DNA of 64,000 bases from Planctomycetota bacterium (lineage in GTDB: Bacteria; Planctomycetota; UBA11346). Below the pieces are notes generated by a model, which worked only from the letters and a program-made list of their open reading frames with translations, had not been told where the DNA came from and did not search any database. Shown here piece by piece: positions 21,705-32,386 of the stretch (the stretch's first letter is position 1; each line of letters opens with the position of its first letter). A program made the translations under genes and the position numbers. The stretch lies in contig JBBRLJ010000016.1 of assembly GCA_038231435.1 (NCBI GenBank), positions 32,001 through 96,000 on the forward strand, read 5' to 3'.

Positions 21705-21959
21705 GTTGAGGTCCTCGAGGAAAGGCCGATGGATGGTCACTGGGCCACGGGGGTGATCCGTGAACCTCACCGGCACTATCTCCGGACCTGGCCCAGACCA
21801 ATCCTGCTTCCGGGATACTTTCCACGGAGGCCGCGCCCGCGGGGCCCCTCACGAACAGCGAGGGATGGAACAATTGAAGCGGTTAGTCGCAAAAAGCGGA
21901 AGCCAGGAGCTGCCAGCGAGAGCCGCTTCGGCCGCGGACCCTCCGCCTATCCTGCGCGC

Positions 21960-22958
21960 ATGAGCCAGGCCGACATCTGTCCAGGGGGCGGTCCAGGGGG
22001 TGATCGAGGAGGCGGTCGAGGATGCGGGCGTTTCGCGCCGTCGACGACCGGCCAGGCCCATCCCGGCACGCTCTTGGCGGCGCTGCTGTGCTGGCTGGAC
22101 GCGCGCAGGCGTGGGGAGCGGGTGCTGCTGCGGCTCGAGGATCTCGATCCCGAGCGCTGCCGGCCTGAGCTGGCGGCGGCGCTGATCGACGACCTCGCCT
22201 GGCTCGGCCTCGACTGGGATGGCGTGGCGCATCAGCACGAGCTCGCGGCGGATCACGAAGCCGCTCTCGATCGTCTGGCTGAACTCGGGGCCCTGTACCC
22301 TTGTCCCATGGGCCGGGCAGAGCTGCAGGCGCTCGGCCGCCGCGCCCCCGATGGCGGCTGGGCCTATGACAACCGCCACCGCGGACGCGCCTTGCCGCCG
22401 GGTGGCTGGCGGGCCTGCCCGGATCCAGTGCGCGCGATCCTGCCCGAGGGTGTGTTCGCGCCGGTGGACGAAGGGGGGTTGTCCTTGGCGCAGGATCCAT
22501 CGCTCGCCTTCGGCGATCCGGTGGTGCGGCGGCGTGACGGCGCCGTGGCCTACCAGCTGGCGGTGGTGGTGGACGACGCCGCGGCGGGCGTGACGCGAGT
22601 GGTGCGCGGGCGCGACATCGCGCCGAGCAGCGCCCTGCAGGCGGCACTGCAGCGGCTGCTCGGCCTGCCCACGCCGAGGTATCGACACCATCTGCTGCTG
22701 CTCGAACGGCGCGGGCGCAAGCTGGCGAAGCTGCATGGCTCGGTCGGGGCGGCCGAGCTGCGTGGGAGCTACGATGCGCGTGCGCTGGTCGGATTCCTGG
22801 CGTGGTGCGCAGGGCTCGTTCCCCGGCCCGAGCCCTGCGCCGCCGCGGACTTGATCGGCGATTTCGCATGGGAGCGCGTGCGTGAGGCCGACCTGACGGT
22901 GGAGTGGGACGGCGCGCGCCTTGACGCGCCGGAGCTCGCCGGCGCGGGCCTCCAGTGA
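21960..22958 (+). CDS. gluQ: Glutamyl-Q tRNA(Asp) synthetase
   Basis: [38 protein letters not shown]; no anticodon-binding domain. Confidence 0.85.
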   Translation: MSQADICPGGGPGGDRGGGRGCGRFAPSTTGQAHPGTLLAALLCWLDARRRGERVLLRLEDLDPERCRPELAAALIDDLAWLGLDWDGVAHQHELAADHEAALDRLAELGALYPCPMGRAELQALGRRAPDGGWAYDNRHRGRALPPGGWRACPDPVRAILPEGVFAPVDEGGLSLAQDPSLAFGDPVVRRRDGAVAYQLAVVVDDAAAGVTRVVRGRDIAPSSALQAALQRLLGLPTPRYRHHLLLLERRGRKLAKLHGSVGAAELRGSYDARALVGFLAWCAGLVPRPEPCAAADLIGDFAWERVREADLTVEWDGARLDAPELAGAGLQ

Positions 22959-23857
22959 GTGCTGACACGACATTCGCCTGGTTGACCCCACCCGCGCCCG
23001 CTGCGATCGGCCTGGTGCGCTGCGGCGCGGCCGACGCCCACCTGCTCGACCGTCTGCTCGACCGCGCCCCCGCACCCTCGCGAGCGCGCTTCGCCCGCCT
23101 GCTCGCGCCGGATGGTCGCATCGTCGACGAGGTCGTGGCGACGAGGCTCGCCGACGGGGGGCTCGAGCTGTCGTGCCATGGCGGCCCGGGGATGCGCGCC
23201 GCGGTCTCCGATTGCTTGCGCGGACATGGCTTCGTCGAAGTCGTGACGGATGGGCTGGACGGCGACGGCGCCTGGAGCGATCTTGCGCGCGCCGGCAGCC
23301 CTGGCGCGGTGCGCTGGCTGTTGCGACATCCCCACGCGCTCGCCGCAAGCGAAGCGCCGACACCGTTCGCGCGGGAGCTGCTGTTCCGCCAACCGGTGGT
23401 ACTCATCACCGGGCCGACCAACGCCGGCAAGAGCACGCTGCTCAACGCCTGGTGCGGCCGTCAGCGCGCCTTGGTCAGCGACGTGCCTGGAACCACGCGC
23501 GATCTGATAGCGGCCGAGGCGCTCATCGCGGGCTGGCGCGTCCGCTTGCTGGATTCGGCCGGCCTGCGTCCGAGCGACGATGCGCTCGAGCGCGCCGGCC
23601 AGGAATTGGTCGAGCGCGCGCGCGCCTGGGCCGACGCGGTGATCCACCTCTGTCCTCCCGATCAGGATCCTTCCGAGGCACGGTCGGGCGACCTGGTGGT
23701 GCTGGGCAAGGCGGACCTGCGCGCCGCCATCGCTCCCGGCATGGCGGCGTGGTCGATCTCCGGAGTGCCGGGCGCGTCTCCGGCCGCGCTGCTCGCCACG
23801 CTGGAGCTACGCCTGCTCGCGCACCTCGGTCTCCCGCCAGGTCTGGTCGAGCCCTAG
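22955..23857 (+). CDS. Short MnmE/TrmE-like GTPase
   Basis: TrmE N-terminus (TPP...IG.VR, DEV, E..CHGG) plus G-domain [25 protein letters not shown]; only 300 aa. Confidence 0.8.
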   Translation: MSADTTFAWLTPPAPAAIGLVRCGAADAHLLDRLLDRAPAPSRARFARLLAPDGRIVDEVVATRLADGGLELSCHGGPGMRAAVSDCLRGHGFVEVVTDGLDGDGAWSDLARAGSPGAVRWLLRHPHALAASEAPTPFARELLFRQPVVLITGPTNAGKSTLLNAWCGRQRALVSDVPGTTRDLIAAEALIAGWRVRLLDSAGLRPSDDALERAGQELVERARAWADAVIHLCPPDQDPSEARSGDLVVLGKADLRAAIAPGMAAWSISGVPGASPAALLATLELRLLAHLGLPPGLVEP

Positions 23858-23977
23858 AGCGCGGTCGCGAGGGTCGGCGATGGACGCGCGCTGTGCGCCG
23901 AGGACCACGAGGACTCCAGCATTGCCCGCATGGGGGGCCACATACACTACCCGCCCGAGGCTACGCCCCGGTCCATC

Positions 23978-25273
23978 ATGCTCGATCTCGCCGAATTCCG
24001 CGCAAATCCCGATGTATTCCGCAAGGCCTGGGCCGATCGCGGCATGCAGGTGGACGTCGCCGCGTTGAGCGCGCTCGACGAGCGCGTACGCGCGCTCAAG
24101 CATCGCGCCGAGTCGATCAAGGCTGACGTCAACGCGGCGAGCAAGGCCATCGGCCAAGCGGCCAAGAGCGGTCAGGATGTCGCGGTCGCCAAGGAGAAGG
24201 CGCGCCAGCTCGGCGATCAGGCCAAGGCCGTCGATGACGAGCGCGCTGGAGCCGAGCACGAACTCGAGCAGCTGCTGATGACCTTCCCCAATCCGTGCCT
24301 GCCGAGCGTGCCCGTCGGCAAGGATGCCGCCGACAATCGCGTCGCCGCCACCTGGGGCGAGCCACCGGACTTCGCCTTCGCCGCGAAGCCGCACTGGGAG
24401 CTCGGGCCCGCGCTCGACATCATGGACTTCGACCGCGCGGCAAGGCTGTCCGGCTCGGGCTTCGTGGTCCTCAAGGGTCTCGGCGCGCGCTTGAGCCGCG
24501 CGCTGGTGTCGTACTTCCTCGACGTGCATACCCGTGAGCACGGCTACACCGAGCTGGCGGTGCCCTACCTGGTGCAGCCGCAGATGATGCTCGGCACCGG
24601 GCAGCTGCCGAAATTCGCCGACCAGTCGTACGCCTGTCGCGACGACGACCTGTGGCTGATCCCAACCGCCGAGGTGCCGGTCACCAACTATCATGGCGGC
24701 GAGATCCTCGACGCCGATCGTCTGCCGCTGAAGTACACCGCCCACACCCCATGCTTCCGCCGCGAGGCCGGGGCCGCTGGCGTGGGCACGCGCGGCATGA
24801 CCCGCGTGCACCAGTTCGACAAGGTCGAGGTGGTGTGGCTCACCGCGCCGGAGCGCAGCGATGCCGACCTGCTCGAGCTGCGGGGGCACGCCGAGCGCCT
24901 GCTGCGCGATCTCGGACTGCACTACCGGGTGCTCGAGCTGTGCACCGGCGACACCGGCTTCGGTTCGGCGCATACCTTCGATCTCGAGGTCTGGAGCGCC
25001 GGCACGAAGAGCTGGCTCGAGGTCTCGAGCTGCTCGACCTTCACCGATTTCCAGGCCCGCCGGGCCAATCTGCGTTTCCGGGAAAAAGGCGGCAAGCCGC
25101 GCTTCCTGCACACCCTCAACGGCTCGGGCCTGGCCCTGCCGCGCTGCATGATCGCGCTGCTCGAGGCCTACCAGCAGGCCGACGGCAGCGTGCTGGTGCC
25201 GAAGGTGCTCCAATCCTATCTCGGAACCGATCGCATCGCCCGCCCCGCCGCCACCCAGCAGGCGAGCGGGTGA
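23978..25273 (+). CDS. serS: Seryl-tRNA synthetase
   Basis: MLD...R.NP, GTGQLPKF, LIPTAEV, FRREAG, RVHQF.KVE, EVSSCS, HTLNGSGLA. Confidence 0.97.
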   Translation: MLDLAEFRANPDVFRKAWADRGMQVDVAALSALDERVRALKHRAESIKADVNAASKAIGQAAKSGQDVAVAKEKARQLGDQAKAVDDERAGAEHELEQLLMTFPNPCLPSVPVGKDAADNRVAATWGEPPDFAFAAKPHWELGPALDIMDFDRAARLSGSGFVVLKGLGARLSRALVSYFLDVHTREHGYTELAVPYLVQPQMMLGTGQLPKFADQSYACRDDDLWLIPTAEVPVTNYHGGEILDADRLPLKYTAHTPCFRREAGAAGVGTRGMTRVHQFDKVEVVWLTAPERSDADLLELRGHAERLLRDLGLHYRVLELCTGDTGFGSAHTFDLEVWSAGTKSWLEVSSCSTFTDFQARRANLRFREKGGKPRFLHTLNGSGLALPRCMIALLEAYQQADGSVLVPKVLQSYLGTDRIARPAATQQASG

Positions 25274-25275
25274 TC

Positions 25276-25330
25276 CCATGACGACAGCCCATGGTTCATG
25301 GTTCCTCGTCCATGGCCTGCTGTCCGTCGT
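25276..25330 (+). repeat. Degenerate 7-bp tandem array (CCATGGT-like)
   Basis: ccatggt tcatggt tcctcgt ccatggc period-7 run after the serS stop. Confidence 0.55.
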
Positions 25331-25396
25331 ATCGTTGTCGTGCCGTGACGTGCCGTCGCGAGGGCTGGCATCGTCGGCGAAAACGGTCGCAGCCCC

Positions 25397-27322
25397 ATGA
25401 GCGACGACATCAAACATGAGTGCGGGATGGCGATCGTCCGGCTGAAGAAGCCGCTGGCGTACTTCCGGGAGCGCCACGGCTCGGCCCTGTGGGGCCTGAA
25501 GAAATTGTACCTGCTGATGGAGAAGCAGCGCAACCGCGGCCAGGACGGCGCGGGCATCGCCGTGCTCAAACAGCACATGCCGCACGGCACGCAGTATTTC
25601 CACCGCCTGCGCGAGGCCGGCAGCGCGTGCCTCGACCGGCTCTGGAAGCAGGTGCACGACGATCTCGCGGTGGTGACCCGCGACGGCAAGGTCGATCCCT
25701 CGGACGAGACCGATCTCAAGCGCCTCTATCCCTGGCTCGGCGAGGTCTATCTCGGCCATCTGCGCTACGGCACACACGGCGCGAACGCGCTCGACAACTG
25801 CCACCCGTACGTGCGCCCGAGCAACTGGCCGAGCCGCCAGCTGTCCGTCGCCGGCAACTTCAACCTCACCAACACGCCCGAACTCTTCAACATGCTGGTG
25901 AAGCTCGGCCAGCACCCGATCGGCGAAGCCGACACCAGCACGGTGATGGAGAAGATCGGCCACTTCCTCGACGTCGCCAACGAGGCCATCCTGCGCCAGA
26001 TCGGAGACTCGTGCGGCAACGGCCCTGAGCTGGCCAAGCGCATCGCCGACGAGATCGACATCGGCCGCATCCTGCAGAAGGCCGCGCGCTATTGGGATGG
26101 CGGCTACTTCATGTGCGGCCTGATCGGCCACGGCGCCGCCTTCGCGCTGCGCGATCCCAACGGCATCCGTCCCGGATTCTGGTACGAGGACGACGAGGTG
26201 GTCGCCTGCGCGAGCGAACGCGCCGCGTTGGTGACCTGCTTCAACATCAAGCCAGAGGACGTGCGCGAGGTCACCCCTGGCTGCGCGCTGATCATCGACC
26301 ACCGCGGCCACGCCGAGCAGGTCGAGGTCCTCAAGCCGCTTGAGCGCCGCTCGTGCACCTTCGAGCGCATCTATTTCAGCCGCGGCAACGACGCCGAGAT
26401 CTACCGCGAGCGCAAGGCGCTGGGGCGCGAGATGGTGCCGGCGACGCTCAAGGCAATCGAAAACGATCTCGAGCACACCGTCATCAGCTACATCCCGAAC
26501 ACCGCCGAATCCGCATATTACGGCCTGCTCGAGGGGCTCGAGGCCTACCTGGCCGAGTGGAAGGAGCGCGAGATTCTCCATCACCAGGAGGGCGGCACGC
26601 TCGACCGCGAGACGCTCAAGCAGATCCTCTCGGTGCGCCCCTGGCAGGAGAAGGCCGCGCTCAAGGACGCCAAGCTGCGCACCTTCATCAGCGGCGAAGA
26701 CGACCGCGGCGAACTCGTCAGCCACGCCTACGACGTCACCCGCGGCATCCTGCGCCCCGGAGTCGACAACTTGGTGGTGATCGACGATTCGATCGTGCGC
26801 GGCACCACCCTGCGCTCGAGCATCCTGCGCATGCTCTCGCGGCTCGAACCGAAGAAGATCGTGGTGCTCTCCAGCGCGCCGCAGATCCGTTATCCAGACT
26901 GCTACGGCATCGACATGAGCGTGCTCGGCAAGTTCGTTGCGTTCGAGGCGGCCGTGGCCCTGCTGCGCGAGCGCGGCAAGTCGCAGGTTCTCGACGACGT
27001 CTACCAGGCCTGCCTCGCCGAGGAGGCCAAGCCCGCGCCAAGCCCAGTCAACCACGTGAAGCGCATCTACGCACCGTTCGCGGACGAGGAGATCTCGGCG
27101 AAGATCAGCGACTTGGTGCGTCCCCGCGACATCGACTGGACAGGTGAGGTGACGATCGTCTTCCAAACCGTCGCCGGCCTGCGCTGGGCCATCCCCGGCC
27201 ACACCGGCGATTGGTACTTCACCGGCGACTACCCCACGCCCGGCGGCTTCCGCGTCGCCAATCGCGCCTTCATCAATTACATGGAAAAGCGCCAGGGCCG
27301 CGCCTACGAGGCAAGGGCTTAG
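25397..27322 (+). CDS. purF: Amidophosphoribosyltransferase (long form)
   Basis: HECG propeptide/Cys, NRGQDGAG, GHLRYGT, RDPNGIRP, FERIYFSRG, DDSIVRGTT, YGIDM. Confidence 0.95.
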   Translation: MSDDIKHECGMAIVRLKKPLAYFRERHGSALWGLKKLYLLMEKQRNRGQDGAGIAVLKQHMPHGTQYFHRLREAGSACLDRLWKQVHDDLAVVTRDGKVDPSDETDLKRLYPWLGEVYLGHLRYGTHGANALDNCHPYVRPSNWPSRQLSVAGNFNLTNTPELFNMLVKLGQHPIGEADTSTVMEKIGHFLDVANEAILRQIGDSCGNGPELAKRIADEIDIGRILQKAARYWDGGYFMCGLIGHGAAFALRDPNGIRPGFWYEDDEVVACASERAALVTCFNIKPEDVREVTPGCALIIDHRGHAEQVEVLKPLERRSCTFERIYFSRGNDAEIYRERKALGREMVPATLKAIENDLEHTVISYIPNTAESAYYGLLEGLEAYLAEWKEREILHHQEGGTLDRETLKQILSVRPWQEKAALKDAKLRTFISGEDDRGELVSHAYDVTRGILRPGVDNLVVIDDSIVRGTTLRSSILRMLSRLEPKKIVVLSSAPQIRYPDCYGIDMSVLGKFVAFEAAVALLRERGKSQVLDDVYQACLAEEAKPAPSPVNHVKRIYAPFADEEISAKISDLVRPRDIDWTGEVTIVFQTVAGLRWAIPGHTGDWYFTGDYPTPGGFRVANRAFINYMEKRQGRAYEARA

Positions 27323-27476
27323 TGCATTCAGGGGCTTCGCCCCTACGGCCTGTCGGCCTACCCCACGGGCTTTGTCAGGCCTCGATTTCTCCGCTGCGCT
27401 GCGACATCGTGGGCGGATGGGCTTCGCCCATTCTATCTGCCCACCGCCCTTCGGCGCCCGGTCGCTGTCGCTCCGG
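27323..27476 (+). repeat. Family A multi-hairpin element, copy A1
   Basis: GGGGCTTCGCCCC hairpin, CCCCACGGGCTTTGTC core, GATGGGCTTCGCCCAT hairpin, CGGCGCCCG; begins after the purF TAG. Confidence 0.85.
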
Positions 27477-27584
27477 TCTGAACGCTCAGGTTTGAATGAG
27501 GCGCGCCGCCTATCTGACCGGGCGCGGCCTTGGACGTGGCCCGGGACCCTGGCAAAAGCGGTTTCCGCGGTAGACTCCGGGCTC

Positions 27585-28658
27585 ATGGATTTTCTCGGCA
27601 TGTCGTTGTCGGAATTGCGCGCCTGGTGCGCGTCGATCGGGCTGCCCCCTTTCCGTGGCGAGCAGATCTTCACTGCCCTCCACCAGGGCGCCGCGAGCTT
27701 CGCGGCGATCACCGTGCTGCCGCGCGATCTCGCGGAACGCCTGGATCACGAGTTTCCTCTGCCCGCGATCATCGAGGACCGTCGTCAGGAGAGCCGCGAC
27801 GGCACCGTCAAATCGCTGCTGCGCATGCACGACGGCAAGCTCGTCGAGTGCGTCTCGATCCCGACTGCCACGCGCCACACCATCTGCGTGTCGAGCCAGG
27901 TGGGCTGCGCGGTGGGCTGCACGTTTTGCGCCTCGGGCCAGAACGGCGTCGAGCGCGACCTGGTGGCCGGCGAGATCGTGCGCCAGGTGCTGTTCCATCA
28001 CCTGCGCCGCCCGGTCACGAACGTGGTGTTCATGGGCTCCGGAGAGCCGCTGTTCAACTACGACCACGTGGTCAAGGCGATCCGCGTGCTCGCCGAGCCG
28101 AAGGGCCTGGGTCTGGGGCGACGCCGTTTCACGGTCAGCACCTCGGGCGTGCCGAAGCGCATCCGCCAGCTCGGCGTCGACGAGCCGCAGGTGACGCTGG
28201 CGTTATCGCTGCACGCCGCCGACGACGAGACGCGCTCGCGCATCGTGCCGATCAACGCGCGCTGGCCGCTCGCCGAACTGCTCGACGCCATGCGCGACTA
28301 CAGCGCCTCGGTCAATCGCCGCATGACCTTCGAATACGTCTTGCTGGCGGACGCGAACATGAGCGAGACGCATGCGACCTCGCTCGCGCGGCTGGCCAAG
28401 AGCTTCGGCGCGCACATCAACCTCATCCCCTTCAATCCGGTGACCGAGACCCCGCACCGCCGCCCGTCGAGCGATCAGGTCAAGGCGTTCGCCGAGCAGG
28501 TCGAGCTCGACGGGGGGCACGTCACGGTGCGTGGCCAACGCGGAGCGGACATCGACGCGGCCTGCGGACAGCTGCGGAAACGCGCCGCGAACGGCGCCTC
28601 AGCCGGTGTCGACCCGGAGACCTCCGATGCCCCTGGGCGAACGCCTAAGATCCTCTGA
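27585..28658 (+). CDS. rlmN: Dual-specificity RNA methyltransferase RlmN
   Basis: CVSSQVGC..GCTFCAS, VFMGSGEP, LSLHA, EYVL, NLIPFN, DI.AACGQL. Confidence 0.96.
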   Translation: MDFLGMSLSELRAWCASIGLPPFRGEQIFTALHQGAASFAAITVLPRDLAERLDHEFPLPAIIEDRRQESRDGTVKSLLRMHDGKLVECVSIPTATRHTICVSSQVGCAVGCTFCASGQNGVERDLVAGEIVRQVLFHHLRRPVTNVVFMGSGEPLFNYDHVVKAIRVLAEPKGLGLGRRRFTVSTSGVPKRIRQLGVDEPQVTLALSLHAADDETRSRIVPINARWPLAELLDAMRDYSASVNRRMTFEYVLLADANMSETHATSLARLAKSFGAHINLIPFNPVTETPHRRPSSDQVKAFAEQVELDGGHVTVRGQRGADIDAACGQLRKRAANGASAGVDPETSDAPGRTPKIL

Positions 28659-28755
28659 ACATTGGGTTTGATTGAGGCGAACAGCCCCCCTGGGGAGACC
28701 TTGCGATGTGCGCTCGCGGCACTAGTCTGCTCGGCCTTCAATCGTGGGAGAAGGC

Positions 28756-29022
28756 ATGGAACCGCATCTGCACGTGGTAATGGGCTTCGGCCTTCCCCAA
28801 GGCACCGAGTGGCTGGTGATCGCCCTGGTATGCCTGCTGCTCTTCGGCCGGCGTCTGCCCGAGGTGATGCGCGGACTCGGGGGCAGTGTGAAGGAATTCA
28901 AGAAGGGCATGGAGGACGGCCCGGCGAAGACCACCGAGACCGCTCCGCTGCCGCGCGTCGATGGCGCGGTGAGCCGAGATGCCAACCCGACGCCTCCGTC
29001 CGATCACCCCAAGGCGAGCTGA
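28756..29022 (+). CDS. tatA: Twin-arginine translocase TatA/E
   Basis: G.EWLVI...LLLFG.RLPE.MRGLG..VKEFKKG. Confidence 0.9.
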   Translation: MEPHLHVVMGFGLPQGTEWLVIALVCLLLFGRRLPEVMRGLGGSVKEFKKGMEDGPAKTTETAPLPRVDGAVSRDANPTPPSDHPKAS

Positions 29023-29029
29023 GCCACCG

Positions 29030-30121
29030 ATGTCGGAATCTGTCGAGAAGCTCGCGCGGGTCCGGAAATACATCAAGGCCCAGGGGCTCGACGGCTTGGT
29101 GCTCGCAACGCGCGCCAACTTCGCCTGGCTCTCGGGCGGTGGCGACAACCACGTGGTCTCACAGGCCGATGTGGGCGTGGGCGCGCTGGTGGTGACCGCC
29201 AAGCAGGCTTTCCTGGTTGCGAACAAGATCGAGATCGACCGCCTGGCCACCGAGGAGCCGCTGTCGGCCTTCACGCCCAAGCCGTTCCCGTGGATCCAGC
29301 CGCTCGGCGAGGCGCTCGAGAAAGTGCTGCCGTCGAAGAAATTCGCCTGCGACATCCCGATGGCCGGCCTCAAGCCGCTCGACGGCGACTTCGTCTACGA
29401 ATGCCGCGCCCAACTGACCGAGCCCGAGATCCGCCGCTACAAGGCTGTCGGCCGTGATTGCTCGTTGGTCATGGAGACAGTCGCGCGCCAGACCCAGATG
29501 GGCGACAGCGAAATGCAGGTCGAGGCCGACATGGCCAAGCACCTGCTCGCGCGCGGCATCCAGCCCTACGTGCTGCTGGTCGCCTTCGACGATCGCATCA
29601 AGCGCTACCGCCACCCGACCCCGACCGCGAACCACCTGCGCAAGATGGGCATGCTGGTGATCTGCGGCCAGCGCGGCGGTCTGATCGCCTGCCTCACCCG
29701 GCTGATCCACTTCGGCGCGCTGCCGGCCGATCTGGCCAAGCGCCACGAGGCGGTTTGCCGCGTCGAAACCGCGATGTGGGCCGCCACCAAGGTCGGCACC
29801 GAGTACGGCAAGGCGCTGCAGGCTGGCCTCGACCAGTACAAGAAGGAAGGCTTCCCGAAGGAATGGGAGCTGCACCACCAGGGCGGGCCGACGGGCTACG
29901 CGGGCCGCGACTTCATGGCGACGCCGGGCGAGAAGCGCCTGGTGCTCGACAAGCAGGCGGTCGCGTGGAACCCCTCGATCACCGGCACCAAGAACGAGGA
30001 CACCTACATCCAGGACGGCGCCACGCGCACCGTCGTCACCGCGTGTTCGGCGGATTGGCCGACCATCAAGGTCACGGCCGGCGGCGAGACGCTGTCGCGC
30101 CCGGGCATCTTGGTGCGCTGA
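29030..30121 (+). CDS. M24-family (Xaa-Pro) aminopeptidase-like protein
   Basis: Creatinase-like N-domain, YRHPTPT, HHQGGPTGY..R, AWNPSITGTK.EDT. Confidence 0.85.
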   Translation: MSESVEKLARVRKYIKAQGLDGLVLATRANFAWLSGGGDNHVVSQADVGVGALVVTAKQAFLVANKIEIDRLATEEPLSAFTPKPFPWIQPLGEALEKVLPSKKFACDIPMAGLKPLDGDFVYECRAQLTEPEIRRYKAVGRDCSLVMETVARQTQMGDSEMQVEADMAKHLLARGIQPYVLLVAFDDRIKRYRHPTPTANHLRKMGMLVICGQRGGLIACLTRLIHFGALPADLAKRHEAVCRVETAMWAATKVGTEYGKALQAGLDQYKKEGFPKEWELHHQGGPTGYAGRDFMATPGEKRLVLDKQAVAWNPSITGTKNEDTYIQDGATRTVVTACSADWPTIKVTAGGETLSRPGILVR

Positions 30122-30507
30122 TGTCCGCGCCGTCCACGCGGATAGCCCAAATGCACATGACGGCATCCCTCTCACGGGCGCTGTGCGGGCTTCCGCTCGT
30201 GCTCATCTGCGCGCTCTCGCTCGTCGTCCTCGCCGGCTGTCCCGGTGATCGCAAGCCGATCCCGGTCGTGGCCGTGGTGGTTCTGCCCGACGACGACACG
30301 TACAGCGTGAACGGCCAGCGCATGAGCTACCGGCAGATGTGCGACGAGCTGCGCACCATCGCCGAGAACAACCAGCGCGAGAAGCGCGTGGATGCCCGCG
30401 CGATCGTCAGGCTGTCGTCGCAGGAAGGCGCCAACTACGACCGCGTGCGCCGCGTCGAGGACTACTGCAACTCGGTCGGTCTCGATAACATTCAAAAAGG
30501 CCTGTAA
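30121..30507 (+). CDS. Lipoprotein with ExbD/TolR-like periplasmic domain
   Basis: Lipobox LAGC; YSVNG...L........A.Y..V..V...C...GL..I pattern; start may be at 30157. Confidence 0.6.
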   Translation: MSAPSTRIAQMHMTASLSRALCGLPLVLICALSLVVLAGCPGDRKPIPVVAVVVLPDDDTYSVNGQRMSYRQMCDELRTIAENNQREKRVDARAIVRLSSQEGANYDRVRRVEDYCNSVGLDNIQKGL

Positions 30508-30629
30508 CAAGAGCGCATTGGGGTTGTAGCTGCTTCCGCAGCGGCGGATCCCGGCTCGCGTGTCCGGCCATGGTCTGGAATGGGCCTGCCGGTTCTTGCC
30601 GCGCTGGGCCGGGTGCCATCCTGCGTGCG

Positions 30630-31148
30630 ATGGCCAAGTACGGCTGCCTGCTCATCCTGCTGCTGTTCGGCCTGCTCGCCGTCGAGGTCTGGGTCTACCT
30701 GCTGGTCAGCCAGGCCTTCAGGCCGCCAGAATACCTGGTTCCCATCCTGGTCATGATCGGCATGGGCATCGTCGGCTACAAGGTCATCCGCTACCACGTG
30801 CCGCGCATGGCGCAGTCGGTGCTGACCGGATCGGTCGGCCGCCATTTTGTCGGCATCATTGCGGGCGCGCTGATGATCTTTCCTGGCCTTGCCAGCGACG
30901 CGCTCGGCCTGCTGCTGCTGCTGCCCGGCATCAATCACATCTGCGGCAAGGCCTGCAACGTCATCGCCATGAGCGTGCTGCGCAACACCATGAAGAAGAT
31001 GTTCAATGGCATGGGCGGTGCCGGAGGTGTCGGCGGCTTCTCGTTCCCCGGCATGAAACCTGGAGCCGCAATGAAGCCCGATGAGCAGGCCAGCTTCCCG
31101 CGCAAGACCCCCAAGACCTACGACACCAAGGCCGAGAAGCACGACTGA
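30630..31148 (+). CDS. FxsA-family membrane protein
   Basis: E.W..L.V, AGALMIFPG..SDALGLLLLLP. Confidence 0.8.
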   Translation: MAKYGCLLILLLFGLLAVEVWVYLLVSQAFRPPEYLVPILVMIGMGIVGYKVIRYHVPRMAQSVLTGSVGRHFVGIIAGALMIFPGLASDALGLLLLLPGINHICGKACNVIAMSVLRNTMKKMFNGMGGAGGVGGFSFPGMKPGAAMKPDEQASFPRKTPKTYDTKAEKHD

Positions 31149-31265
31149 AGCATTCCGTGTGGGGACCACAGCCCCGCCTGTGCCTCTAGGCGGTCAGCGG
31201 CGAACCATGGCGTTGCCCACAACCCGATCTGGCAAGTTTCCGGGTCCGCCTCACGATGCCCGCCC

Positions 31266-31544
31266 ATGAAGCACAATTCCTATTTCGATGGCAAGGTCCA
31301 GAGCCTCGGATTCGAGCGCAATGGCCGCAAGCAGACGGTCGGCGTGATCGATCCGGGCGAGTTCCATTTCGGTACCGACGCCGCCGAACGCATGACCGTG
31401 ATCAGCGGCGAACTGCACGCGAAGTTCGCTGGCTCGAGCCAGTGGCTGCACTACCCCGCCGGCACCGCGTTCGAGATCCCCGCCAAGAGCGGTTTCGACG
31501 TCAAGGCGATCTCGCCGTCGGCGTATTGCTGCGAATTCCTGTAA
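31266..31544 (+). CDS. ppnP: Pyrimidine/purine nucleoside phosphorylase PpnP (DUF1255)
   Basis: N.YFDGKV.S, TVGVI.PGE..F.T...E.M.VISG, F.IPA.S.F, Y.CEF. Confidence 0.92.
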   Translation: MKHNSYFDGKVQSLGFERNGRKQTVGVIDPGEFHFGTDAAERMTVISGELHAKFAGSSQWLHYPAGTAFEIPAKSGFDVKAISPSAYCCEFL

Positions 31545-31550
31545 GCCGCG

Positions 31551-32207
31551 GTGCCCATCAAGGCCGTCATCTACGATCACGATGGCACGCTGGTGAATTC
31601 GTTGCCCATGGTGGTCGCGGCCACCAATGACGTGCTGCTCGCACGCGGCCTACCCGAGCGACCGCCATCCGAGATCGTCGCGGCCATGGTCATGCCCACC
31701 ACGCCGCGCATGGGTCATCACGCCCGCGTCGACGATCCGCGGATCCAAGAGGTGTTGGCGCGTGAGTTCTATCTCAGCGCGCATCGCGTCGGACCCACGC
31801 ACGCGAGTCTCTATCCCGGCGTGGCCGCGCTGGTCGCCGAGGTCTCCGCTCGCGGGCTGCCGCAGGCGATGGTCAGCAACAACGAAGGACGCCTGGTGCG
31901 CCGCCTGATGGCAGCTCTCGGGATCGATGGCCATTTCGCCTGCATCCTCGGCGAAGAAGACGTGCCCGCTCCGAAACCGGATCCGCGCGGCATTCTCCAC
32001 GCCGCGTCGCGGCTCGGCGTGCACCCGGACTCATGCATCTACGTCGGAGATGGACACGGCGATGTTGCCGCGGCCCACGGCGCCGGCATGCGCGTCATCG
32101 GCGTCACCTGGGGCATCCATCCACGCGCCGAGATGGAGTCCATGGGCTTCGACCATCTCGCGCACGACACCACCGAGGTGCTCCAGCTCATCTCGGGCAA
32201 CGTCTAA
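31551..32207 (+). CDS. HAD-family phosphatase (phosphoglycolate phosphatase-like)
   Basis: DHDGTL, SNN, KPDP, YVGD..GD. Confidence 0.88.
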   Translation: MPIKAVIYDHDGTLVNSLPMVVAATNDVLLARGLPERPPSEIVAAMVMPTTPRMGHHARVDDPRIQEVLAREFYLSAHRVGPTHASLYPGVAALVAEVSARGLPQAMVSNNEGRLVRRLMAALGIDGHFACILGEEDVPAPKPDPRGILHAASRLGVHPDSCIYVGDGHGDVAAAHGAGMRVIGVTWGIHPRAEMESMGFDHLAHDTTEVLQLISGNV

Positions 32208-32262
32208 GGTCGCCGAGCGGCAACGTCGGCCGGCCGCCTTGCCAGCCCTCTCCTCGAGTCCC

Positions 32263-32380
32263 GGGGGGCAGCGCGGCGTAAGGCCCCGGTCGGTAGGGGC
32301 GGCGCGATGTTGGGGGGATCGCGAAGCGATCTCAGATGCCCTTTGGGGCATCTGCCGTCCGCAGGAAGTAGCCCCCCAAC
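32263..32380 (-). repeat. Family C multi-hairpin element, copy C1
   Basis: GGGGGGCAGCGCGG..CGCGATGTTGGGGG.GATCGC..GCGATC..GATGCCCTT.GGGGCATC..GTAGCCCCCCAAC (plus-strand text) shared with 34943-35038. Confidence 0.85.
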
Positions 32381-32386
32381 TGACCG

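Noticed and set aside
20259..21959. Long N-terminal extension of gluQ (899-aa ORF)
   Set aside because: Overlaps the hybrid kinase antisense; GluQ homology begins only after 21960
23807..27712. 1301-aa minus-strand ORF
   Set aside because: Antisense shadow of serS and purF caused by high-GC codon bias
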